A program made the position numbers and the translations under genes. Below the pieces are notes generated by a model. That model worked only from the letters and a program-made list of their open reading frames with translations, was not told where the DNA came from and did no database searches. A DNA stretch of 41,719 nucleotides from Candidatus Nanohalalkaliarchaeum halalkaliphilum (lineage in GTDB: Archaea > Nanohalarchaeota > Nanosalinia > Nanosalinales > Nanohalalkaliarchaeaceae). Each line of letters begins with the position of its first letter. Positions within the stretch are counted from its first letter, which is position 1. Positions 7,911 to 15,923 of this stretch are shown piece after piece. Location of the stretch: positions 1 to 41,719 of the forward strand of contig JALDAF010000003.1 of the NCBI GenBank assembly GCA_022729315.1, read 5' to 3'.

Positions 7911-10127
7911 ATGCTTATCGGGGAGATCGTGGGCGAGGTATCGACTGACAGCTTCACGTTTGAGGCCTACAAAGATATCCGCAAGTTCGATTTTGTAACG
8001 GTGAAAAACCCGAAGGAGGGGAAGGAATGGATCCTGTCCCAGGTAGATACGGTGAAGAAGTCACAGGAGGGCAAGACGACCTGTGAAGCGAATATCATCG
8101 GATTCCGTGAGAAAGGGATGCTGAAACAGCCCCGGCACGTTGTCAAACCGGATTCCATGGTATACCGGGCCGACGAGGACGTGATCGCTGAAACGCTGGG
8201 ACTGACCAAGGACGGCCTGTACATGGGACGACTGGAGACCAACCCGGACATCCGCATCTTTGTCGATCCCTCCGACCTGTACAAGCATATCGCGGTGCTG
8301 GCAAAGACCGGAGCAGGAAAAAGCTACGCGACCGGAGTGATGCTGGAGGAGCTACTGGAGGCAAACTACCCGGTCATCGTGATCGATCCGCACGGCGAAT
8401 ACCATTCCCTGGCCCATCCGAACGAGGAGATTACTGAGGAACAGACCGAGAACTACGGAATCGATCCGAAAGGATACAACATCACCGAATACTCGACCGA
8501 TACAGAGATCAACCCGGACGCGGAACAGCTTTCGTTCTCATCGAAAAACCTGAAGACGAAGGAACTGTCACAGCTCATGCCGACAAACCTCACCAACTCC
8601 CAGAAAGAGGTCATGTACAACGCGTTGAAGGAACTGAAAAAACGGGACGAGTACGACCTCGATGACATCATGGACAAATGTATGAGTCAGGACTCCAAGG
8701 CAAAATGGAACCTTGTCAGCGTCCTGGAGGTCGTGCAGGACTCCGGCCTGTTCTCAGACAACCCGACCAGCCTGGAGGATCTGGTGCGTCGCGGCCACTG
8801 CAGTATTGTCAACCTGCGTGGTGTGGACCCGGAAACCCAGCAGATGGTGGTATACAAGCTGGCGAAAGAACTGTTTGAACGCCGCAAAGTCGGTGAACTC
8901 GTGCCGTTCATCATGGTTATGGAGGAGGCGCACAACTTCGTACCAGAAGCCAACCTGGGGAAAGCAGTCTGCTCGGACATCATGCGGACGATCGCCTCGG
9001 AGGGACGGAAGTTCGGGATGGGTATCGGCGTCATCTCCCAGCGCCCGGCCAACGTCAACAAGAACATCCTCTCACAGTGCAACACACAGCTCATCATGCG
9101 CGTCACCAATAAGAATGATTTAAGTGCTATCAGCCGGTCGTTTGAAGGCATCACCTCCGAGGTACAGCAATCACTGACCAGTCTCCCGCCAGGGACCGGT
9201 CTATTGCTCGGCAAGGAGTACCCGGTCATGACCAGTATCCGCACCCGCCGCAGCAAACACGGCGGTGTCACACAGGAACTGAACCGTGAAACAGACGACG
9301 AAGACGGCGGAGCCGACGGCGAAAGGACAGACGCCTCGCCACCCGTCCAGGACGCAACGGTGGATGAACCCCCGGCAGACAAGGAACCGTCTACACCCGA
9401 TACTGAGCCGGAAACAACACAGGTTGCAGCGGACACGGCAGGAGCGTCCGCTGAAACCGAAGACCTGCCAACGGTGGACCATGAAACCGCGGAACAGGAC
9501 GCACCCGAACCGGGAACGCCACAACCATCGCCAGACCAGGGTACTGGCGCGGATGAAGCAGAGGAACAGCAGACGGAGACAGACCAGACGGATGACGGGT
9601 TCAAGGCTGTCGTTCCCGACATGGATGCGAACAAACTCAGAGACGAACTGGGAACGGTCAAGACGGCGTACTACCCGCTATGGATTGTCTCATCTGAGAA
9701 CGAGCGTATCATGGTGGACGCGACCGACGGCGAGATCAAGGCCCGGGAAAAACAGCTGGGAAGTACTGAGGAACGGGTGATGGAAGAGATCAAGTACGGA
9801 GACAGGACACGCGGAAACCTGCTGCAGGCACTGGACATCTCGCTCTCCAAGCTGGAGCGGACACTGGTTTCACTGCAGGAAAAATCGTTGATCGAGCAGG
9901 ACGGCGACCAGTACACGTTGAACGGTGTCAACCTGTTCGACCGGGACACGGAGACCGTAACCGGTGACGACCATACCGAGATCAGCACCGATGTTACGGA
10001 AAGCAAGGCCATCAACATCGCCCGCGAAGAACTGAGCGGCCCACCGGAAGGGATCGAAAAACTGTACTACCCGTACTTCACCGCGGACAAGCGCGTGTTC
10101 GACGGCGTACTGGGTGAAGAGATCTGA
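7911..10127 (+). CDS. HerA/FtsK-superfamily ATPase (HerA-like, DUF87) with acidic linker and C-terminal wHTH-containing module
   Basis: N-terminal HAS-barrel-like region, HIAVLAKTGAGKS Walker A, IDPHGEY, MEEAHNF Walker B, EGRKFG, SQRPA, SQCNTQ. Confidence 0.92.
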   Translation: MLIGEIVGEVSTDSFTFEAYKDIRKFDFVTVKNPKEGKEWILSQVDTVKKSQEGKTTCEANIIGFREKGMLKQPRHVVKPDSMVYRADEDVIAETLGLTKDGLYMGRLETNPDIRIFVDPSDLYKHIAVLAKTGAGKSYATGVMLEELLEANYPVIVIDPHGEYHSLAHPNEEITEEQTENYGIDPKGYNITEYSTDTEINPDAEQLSFSSKNLKTKELSQLMPTNLTNSQKEVMYNALKELKKRDEYDLDDIMDKCMSQDSKAKWNLVSVLEVVQDSGLFSDNPTSLEDLVRRGHCSIVNLRGVDPETQQMVVYKLAKELFERRKVGELVPFIMVMEEAHNFVPEANLGKAVCSDIMRTIASEGRKFGMGIGVISQRPANVNKNILSQCNTQLIMRVTNKNDLSAISRSFEGITSEVQQSLTSLPPGTGLLLGKEYPVMTSIRTRRSKHGGVTQELNRETDDEDGGADGERTDASPPVQDATVDEPPADKEPSTPDTEPETTQVAADTAGASAETEDLPTVDHETAEQDAPEPGTPQPSPDQGTGADEAEEQQTETDQTDDGFKAVVPDMDANKLRDELGTVKTAYYPLWIVSSENERIMVDATDGEIKAREKQLGSTEERVMEEIKYGDRTRGNLLQALDISLSKLERTLVSLQEKSLIEQDGDQYTLNGVNLFDRDTETVTGDDHTEISTDVTESKAINIAREELSGPPEGIEKLYYPYFTADKRVFDGVLGEEI

Positions 10128-10185
10128 ATCAAGGCGGCGTATTTAAAATTCTTGTAGCGCATACGTATTCACGGTCATTCAACGA

Positions 10186-10344
10186 GGGTCCATGGTCTAG
10201 TGGTCAGGACGTCGCCCTTACACGCCTGCCCAAGGAAGCAGGCGGCAGTTCCTGGACGGCCTTCAACCGTCGTCCGGCTGGCGCCTGAACCTAGGTAGAG
10301 GCTGAGCAAGGCGAAGATCGGTGGTTCAAATCCGCCTGGACCCA
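10186..10344 (+). tRNA. tRNA-Val(TAC) with an 86-nt intron at position 37/38 (10223-10308)
   Basis: Acceptor GGGTCCA/TGGACCC, D-arm GTCT..GGAC, anticodon stem TCGCC/GGCGA around CT-TAC-A|A, T-arm GGTGG-TTCAAAT-CCGCC. Canonical bulge-helix-bulge: CTTA/TGAG central helix, 3-nt bulges CAC and CAA, outer helix GCCT/AGGC. CCA not encoded. TTTAAA box at about 10142. Confidence 0.95.
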
Positions 10345-10350
10345 CTGTAC

Positions 10351-10635
10351 AGGATTTGAAGCCCGAGAAAACCGGCCCAGGTTTTCGCTGTTCAAATCCG
10401 CCTGGACCCATCAGAGCTGTGGATTTTTCTCTCCTCACATCTGCAACAGAAGTTCAGATTCAAATCCTCTTCTCCCGGGAGAACGAGGACCCAGAAACCG
10501 ATAAGGTTTCGACCGCCTGGACCCACTCCAGTCACGGAGTGGACACGCTTCGAAAAGGGGTTCTCCTGGAGAACCCCGGACAGAGATGTGTCGACTGGAT
10601 CTCCGGCCCGACGGTTCTGAATCTGCCTGGACTCA
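10351..10635 (+). repeat. Array of tRNA-Val 3'-end repeats separated by hairpins
   Basis: 10390-10410 is an exact 21-nt copy of 10324-10344; 10513-10527 is an exact 15-nt copy; 10613-10635 is a degenerate copy. Spacers carry several inverted repeats. Confidence 0.88.
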
Positions 10636-10665
10636 TTGCTGAAGAGGGGTGTTGTGATAGTCGCC

Positions 10666-12423
10666 TCACTCGTCATCAGTCAGAACCAGTTCTTGATAGG
10701 TATCTTGAAATTCACGGAGGAATGACTGTCTGTCGGCTTCGGATGCGAATATTCTGATACGGTCATAACTGGTATGTGCGAATGATTCTGTGTCCGGGTC
10801 AGGTTCAGACACCTGTTTGTAGGAGATGCCAAGTCTGTCAATCGCGTCGGCAAAGCGTTTACCATCTCTTGCCCGGTAAGAGATCGTTCCACGTCTGTCC
10901 GTGTGGCCCCAATCCCATAGTGCTTGCGTCACGTAGCCTTCAACAAAGTCGGTCTGTTCAAACCGGGTTGAGATATAGGCTGGCGGTATATCTGTTTTGT
11001 TTTTGAAGCCATGTATCCTGTAAATACCGGTGAGACAGGAGGGGATCGTCACATGCACATTCTGTTTTCCTACCTCGTTATCCTGCCGCGCCTGTACTCG
11101 TTCCTTCGTTGATACGGGTAGTGGGACGTGTTCACCAAAAGTGTTGTATCGCTTATATGCAAGCCGCCGGATGGGTGCGTTCCGGTGCCTGTCAGAAAAT
11201 ACGTATCTCAGGCGATTTCCCCCGTACTTCTGGATTCGGCCTTCCAACAATCCGCTGTAAAACATCCCCTCCATATACGCTGTGATAGGAAATCGTGGCT
11301 TCCATAGTTTTCCTTTTCCCTTTGTTCCGGCCCAGTAAGCAGGAGGTTCTATCGGTATATCAAGATGTCTCATTTGATCCAGTAAGTCCTTGGATAGTAA
11401 TGAACGGCCTTGAGCGTACCGTCTTATTTTGTTCGCGGTATTTCCGATATTCGAGTGGACGTGATCTGATCCGTATCTGGGAGGTTCGCCGTGTTCCTGC
11501 CAGTAAATGGCCAGGGGATACGGCCATTCGACAAGATACGAGGGGGATAATGTCCATCGCAGATCTGTTTCCTCTGGATTATCCACTGCCTTCGCCAGCC
11601 GTGTCCGTGATCGGTTCTCCAGATGTTTTTGCATATCCCGCAGGCTGTCAATGATTACGTCCGGTGTATCAGTGAATGGATCAAGATAGTCTACCAGGTC
11701 ATCCACCGTTGTATGTCCGACCACTACGGCGGTAAGACTCTCTTCCAGGTCAAGAGGTAATTCACCCAATGGTAGATCCGGGTCTAAATCTAGATGTGAA
11801 TATACTGTGTCAACTGCTTCGTCTCGTGCTTCTATGTAAGGAGATCTGTAAAGTCGCTTCTCAACGTGTCCAACAAGCTCACGAGCTGTATCACGATCCA
11901 TGTATCCCGTAAGGTCTTCAACTAACTGTGTCTCCTGTTCTCCGAACAGAATATAGCTCTGTAGTGGACGCTTCAACTGTTCTGTAATATCCGTATAGAA
12001 CTCCCTGTCCACTGGATAAGCGTCTGATGCATGGTTGATATCCACCGAACGCTCCGCGACGGTTTCAAGTGTATCCTCCACCGCAGCAGCTTCTGTAAGA
12101 ATAAGATACCACGTTTGTGCGTGGACGTAATGAAACCCATCAAGGTTCAATCCCTCCTCGGTCGTCAGTAAATCCTGAGCGATATTCGCGTATCTGGACT
12201 GTTTTGACGCGCTCTCCAGTAGATCAGTTGTGTAATGTATTCTATCCTTTTCTTCCTCGATACGTACCGCCAAGGAGTGGACGTCGTCTATCGCGTCAGA
12301 ACAGGTATCCTGATATATACGTTCATACGTCTTTTCCCGTATCTCCTGCTCTAATCGGTCTTTTTTCTCTTCCAGTCCCCATCCAAAATACTGGTCAGAG
12401 GGGAGTTCCCACCACTGGATCAT
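10666..12423 (-). CDS. Hypothetical 585-aa protein with a degenerate two-motif LAGLIDADG-like C-terminal domain
   Basis: Long clean ORF with acidic helical N-half and basic C-half: FYSGLLEGRI...HGFKNKTDIPPAY...DFVEGY...AIDRLGISYKQ...RIRIF...SFLREF follows the DOD endonuclease layout (by eye). Confidence 0.6.
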   Translation of the reverse strand: MIQWWELPSDQYFGWGLEEKKDRLEQEIREKTYERIYQDTCSDAIDDVHSLAVRIEEEKDRIHYTTDLLESASKQSRYANIAQDLLTTEEGLNLDGFHYVHAQTWYLILTEAAAVEDTLETVAERSVDINHASDAYPVDREFYTDITEQLKRPLQSYILFGEQETQLVEDLTGYMDRDTARELVGHVEKRLYRSPYIEARDEAVDTVYSHLDLDPDLPLGELPLDLEESLTAVVVGHTTVDDLVDYLDPFTDTPDVIIDSLRDMQKHLENRSRTRLAKAVDNPEETDLRWTLSPSYLVEWPYPLAIYWQEHGEPPRYGSDHVHSNIGNTANKIRRYAQGRSLLSKDLLDQMRHLDIPIEPPAYWAGTKGKGKLWKPRFPITAYMEGMFYSGLLEGRIQKYGGNRLRYVFSDRHRNAPIRRLAYKRYNTFGEHVPLPVSTKERVQARQDNEVGKQNVHVTIPSCLTGIYRIHGFKNKTDIPPAYISTRFEQTDFVEGYVTQALWDWGHTDRRGTISYRARDGKRFADAIDRLGISYKQVSEPDPDTESFAHTSYDRIRIFASEADRQSFLREFQDTYQELVLTDDE

Positions 12424-12765
12424 GCATGACGCTCAGACTATGTTTACTTAAAATGAAACGAACATTCCAACCTGTGGCCGGATACCGAGCAGGAAAAGAC
12501 ATCCTGAAAGCAAAATTCTACAGGAAAAGCGCTCCCTGAGGCGGTAAAGCGTTATCTTCCAGTGGAAGAGCCTTCGACCGCTTGGACCTGTCTTTCACTG
12601 GAACAGTGTTTTGGTTGTAGGCGTAAGATTTACATTACCTGTTTCCCTATAGTATAGTATCACCCGTTACGTGCTGTCCTGGTCGGGAGGGTGCATGTCC
12701 ATCAGCTGGATGTGTCGTTGGGGGCTTCTTCGACAGCACGGGTTTGGTGACTGGAGGCGTGCAGT

Positions 12766-13857
12766 ATGCCGGACGAGGCTGGAAAAGAAGAGAAGACGAT
12801 CGTATCGTTCAAGGTATGGAACAAGGAGAAGGAGGAGACAGAGCTCCATGCGTTGAAGCGGTACGTGGTTGAAGGGAAGCGGAACGGGCCGCACGTCGTG
12901 GTCAATGCCGGGTCGCATGGTGACGAGTTCCTGGCGATCGATGCGGCGAAGGAGCTGTATGAACGGCTGGAACCGGAGAAGGTTAACGGAAGAGTATCGA
13001 TCATCCCGGAGGCCAATATCTTTGCCGCGTTGAAGAACAAGCGGGAGACGCCGGAGCCCGAGTTTGAGCTGTACGAGTCCGAGGAACGGAATATGAACCG
13101 GTGTTTTGACAGTGTTGACCTGGTTGATGGGCCGGACGGCAATATCACTGAGCGGTTAGCGTACCACGTGCTGAAACTGGTGGTGAAGGCGGATTACTGT
13201 TTCGATCTTCATACTGCGACCGCTCCCGGGTACAAGATCGATCAGATCCGGGGGAAGACGAATCCCGAGTTCGGGAAGGATGTGCTGCAGGTACAGGAAC
13301 GGCTTATAAGGAACTCGGGTGTGGAGTATGTGATCAAGACGCCTCCACAGTATATCGGGGAAGGCGTGCTTGCAGGGGTTGCGCCGCTGCATGGTGTACC
13401 AGCGGTCACGGTCGAGATCGGTGGCGGTGCGTATTCCGAGGAGGAGCTGGAACGGTACGTCACCGTGTTGATGAACCTGATGAAGGAGGCAGGGTCGCTG
13501 TACGGTGAGCCGGACACGGTGAAGCAGAAGATCTACCGTGACCTGGAAGAGGTCTGGGCCTCGACCGCGGGAATGTATGAACCGGTCAAGGAACCGGGGG
13601 AAGCGGTGCGGAAAGGTGAAGCGCTTGGAGTTGTTACGAACGAGCGTGGTGAGCACGAGGTGGAGTCGCCGTTCGATGGTCTGGTGGAGTCGGTCCACCG
13701 CCAGGACTGGGTGAACGAGGGGACGCGCGTCTCGTACATCGCGATCAAGCAGGAGCGGACGTTCCTCGAGGCCGTGGCTGATGCATTCAGACGGTTGCTC
13801 CGGTCCTACACGGCACGGAAGGCGACACGGGAACGGGAAGGACTTCTCAAACTGTAG
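12766..13857 (+). CDS. M14-clan succinylglutamate desuccinylase/aspartoacylase-family metallocarboxypeptidase
   Basis: AGSHGDE, NMNRCF, DLHT, TVEIGG motifs; C-terminal biotinyl/lipoyl-like hairpin (PGEAVRKGEALG...ESPFDGLV); GGAGG RBS. Confidence 0.9.
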   Translation: MPDEAGKEEKTIVSFKVWNKEKEETELHALKRYVVEGKRNGPHVVVNAGSHGDEFLAIDAAKELYERLEPEKVNGRVSIIPEANIFAALKNKRETPEPEFELYESEERNMNRCFDSVDLVDGPDGNITERLAYHVLKLVVKADYCFDLHTATAPGYKIDQIRGKTNPEFGKDVLQVQERLIRNSGVEYVIKTPPQYIGEGVLAGVAPLHGVPAVTVEIGGGAYSEEELERYVTVLMNLMKEAGSLYGEPDTVKQKIYRDLEEVWASTAGMYEPVKEPGEAVRKGEALGVVTNERGEHEVESPFDGLVESVHRQDWVNEGTRVSYIAIKQERTFLEAVADAFRRLLRSYTARKATREREGLLKL

Positions 13858-14770
13858 TATCGTCTCCGGAAACTGTTTTCCCGTACATGTACGCCATCAC
13901 CCGGTCGTAGAGATCGGTTCCAACACGTTTCTCATCACCTTCCAGGGATGGTGCCGTATTGATCTCACCGATCACGAACCTGTCGCTGTCTGTCTCCTCG
14001 ATGATGTCGACGCCGCAGATATCCAGCCCGGACACCCGTGCCGCCTGGAGCGCTGTACGGCGCATCGTTTCCGGTGCATCGAACCGTTCCATGTGGCCGC
14101 CAACCGCGACGTTGGAACGCCACTCCTCGTCGCCGCCAACCCGTTTGTAGGAATAGGTGTCGTCCCCGATCACGACGATACGGATGTCTTCTCCCGGGTT
14201 CTCCACGTATTCCTGGAGGCAGATATCCTGGTCGAACAGGGTGAGGGTGTCAACCAGTGCCGCAAGGTCTTCCGGGTCCTGCACGCGCATCACACCCTGT
14301 CCGCCGTACCCCGAGCTCAGCTTGACCACCAGCGGATAGCCGAGTGCGTTACCGGCACGCTCCGCTTCCCCTGTGGACAGCATGTACACGGACTGTGGGA
14401 CGGGGACTCCGGCTCTTCCCAGTATCTTGATCGTGTAGAATTTGTTTGACGCGATGAACAGGGAGCGAGACGCTACCTGGGTGTAGACGCCGTGATCGTG
14501 CAGGATATCAGGTAGACGTTCCGCGTACAGCATGTCCGGGTCGAAGAGCCGGAGAAACAAGCAGTCGAACGTCGTCAGATCGGTGTCACGGTACCGTATC
14601 CCGGTACCGTCCCCGTACACCAGATGGATGTTCTCGAGTGGGACGCCAAGAACCGTGTCAAAATACTGTTCCGCGGCATGCAGGAACGCCGGGTGTTCGT
14701 CGGATTCGCTTCCGTACAGGATAGCACACCGGACCTCATCTCCGTTTGCGCCGACGCTCATACCATCCAT
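13847..14770 (-). CDS. RimK/LysX-family ATP-grasp ligase (copy A)
   Basis: NKFYT, GYPLVVKLSSGYGGQGV, LQEYV, DIRIVVIG, WRSNVAVGG, GVDII...EIN. Confidence 0.92.
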   Translation of the reverse strand: MDGMSVGANGDEVRCAILYGSESDEHPAFLHAAEQYFDTVLGVPLENIHLVYGDGTGIRYRDTDLTTFDCLFLRLFDPDMLYAERLPDILHDHGVYTQVASRSLFIASNKFYTIKILGRAGVPVPQSVYMLSTGEAERAGNALGYPLVVKLSSGYGGQGVMRVQDPEDLAALVDTLTLFDQDICLQEYVENPGEDIRIVVIGDDTYSYKRVGGDEEWRSNVAVGGHMERFDAPETMRRTALQAARVSGLDICGVDIIEETDSDRFVIGEINTAPSLEGDEKRVGTDLYDRVMAYMYGKTVSGDDTTV

Positions 14771-15855
14771 CAGTCCGGAGTGATGTGCTGCACTGCCTGT
14801 TCGTACGCCTCAAGATGTTGTGAGCGTGGAATCGCGGGAGAACGGTCCTGGAGCTCGGGCACGGTGTCCATGTCCTCTACACTGACCTTTCCAATATATA
14901 AAGCGTCCGCAAGTTCAGGCCGGTTCTTCAGTATGGAATATCCCTGGAAGTAGATATGGTCCTTGATAAACCCTCCCGGCTGTGCCGTATCCTGCAGCCC
15001 GCGTTTCACCCGGTACGTCCGGATGAACGCCAGGCGCTGGTCCAGTCCTTTCTCCCGCATCATTTGGTACAGGTCGAAGAACGGAAGGTCTGCATTGTTG
15101 ATAGCGATGACGCGGGACGTGATCCGTGGCAACGTGTCATCGAACACGCCGACCTGTGACTCGTTGAACGTTGGCAACCCCTCCTCTGCCACCTGGTATC
15201 CCTGCGTCCCATAGATCAGTGCCGCGTTGTTCTGCTCGATACCGTTATGGGTACGGACAGAATGCGTGGACTCATGTATCAGCACACGTTTCGCCTGCAT
15301 GATCCCGTATTCGCCGTTCTCAGGGATCATGATGGTGCGTTTCCGCGGATGGTTCCGTATCGCCTCCGCCTCCACCAGTGTACAGTCGTAGTCCATCCCC
15401 AGCAGGTCGAACATGTTGTGATACACTTCCCGCAGCTGTTCCGCGGAGAGACGTGGACCGTCCTCATCGTCAGGGATATGCTTCGGGTTCAACAGGTTGT
15501 CCGCCTCCTCCACCATCGCCGCATCCGGAAACCCGTAGATTTCCCGGGACACGCCGGTGATGTCCGTGCTCCCGATGGCCTCGATGATCCGCTTCCGCCC
15601 CTTCAAACCGGCCACGAACCGGTCCGCCAGCAGGTCGTCTCCCAGCGCTGCTTTGATATCCTGGATCAGCCGGGCCGCCCGATTCTGATCCTTCGGTGTG
15701 AACGTCCGGTACTCGAACCGGGGATTATACTCCCTGTTCTCCTCCACGTTGTTGAAGAACCCGGCCTTCTCCTCCTCATAGTTCAACGGGTACAGGTAGT
15801 CGTAAAAATCCAGGAGATCCAGCGCGTCCTCAACCAGGTGTATCAGCGAAGCCAT
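14770..15855 (-). CDS. DUF1704 / MATCAP-like gluzincin carboxypeptidase
   Basis: YNPRFEY, IHESTHSVRTHNG, AEEGL, RVKRGLQDT...GGFIKDHIYFQG; TGATG-coupled to RimK copy A. Confidence 0.85.
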   Translation of the reverse strand: MASLIHLVEDALDLLDFYDYLYPLNYEEEKAGFFNNVEENREYNPRFEYRTFTPKDQNRAARLIQDIKAALGDDLLADRFVAGLKGRKRIIEAIGSTDITGVSREIYGFPDAAMVEEADNLLNPKHIPDDEDGPRLSAEQLREVYHNMFDLLGMDYDCTLVEAEAIRNHPRKRTIMIPENGEYGIMQAKRVLIHESTHSVRTHNGIEQNNAALIYGTQGYQVAEEGLPTFNESQVGVFDDTLPRITSRVIAINNADLPFFDLYQMMREKGLDQRLAFIRTYRVKRGLQDTAQPGGFIKDHIYFQGYSILKNRPELADALYIGKVSVEDMDTVPELQDRSPAIPRSQHLEAYEQAVQHITPD

Positions 15856-15877
15856 GCAGTAACTACAGACCTCATAG

Positions 15878-15887
15878 GTTTTAAAAC
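15878..15887. promoter_or_regulatory. Palindromic TATA-like box shared by divergent DUF1704 and RimK-B genes
   Basis: GTTTTAAAAC in a 68-nt divergent gap; about 25 nt from the minus-strand ATG and upstream of the GGAGG RBS of the plus gene. Confidence 0.55.
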
Positions 15888-15923
15888 TCCCTCAATCAAC
15901 AGTAGTCCAGAGGAGGACACCAC

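Larger units (their letters stand above)
10345..12603. mobile_element. Putative tRNA-anchored genomic islet (no integrase visible)
   Basis: Visibly AT-richer sequence, closed distally by TTCGACCGCTTGGACC (12573-12588), a 15/16 match to repeat unit 10508-10523. Confidence 0.5.

Noticed and set aside
10223-10308. Box C/D guide RNA in the tRNA intron
   Set aside because: CTGA occurs at 10285 and 10302 but there is no recognisable RTGATGA box C, and the second CTGA is part of the BHB.
10324-10635. CRISPR array
   Set aside because: Repeats are tRNA 3'-end copies with irregular periods (66, 115, 110 nt), structured spacers and no cas genes.
10666-12423. Intein or integrase
   Set aside because: No intein splice-junction motifs and no tyrosine-recombinase R...HxxR...Y pattern seen.
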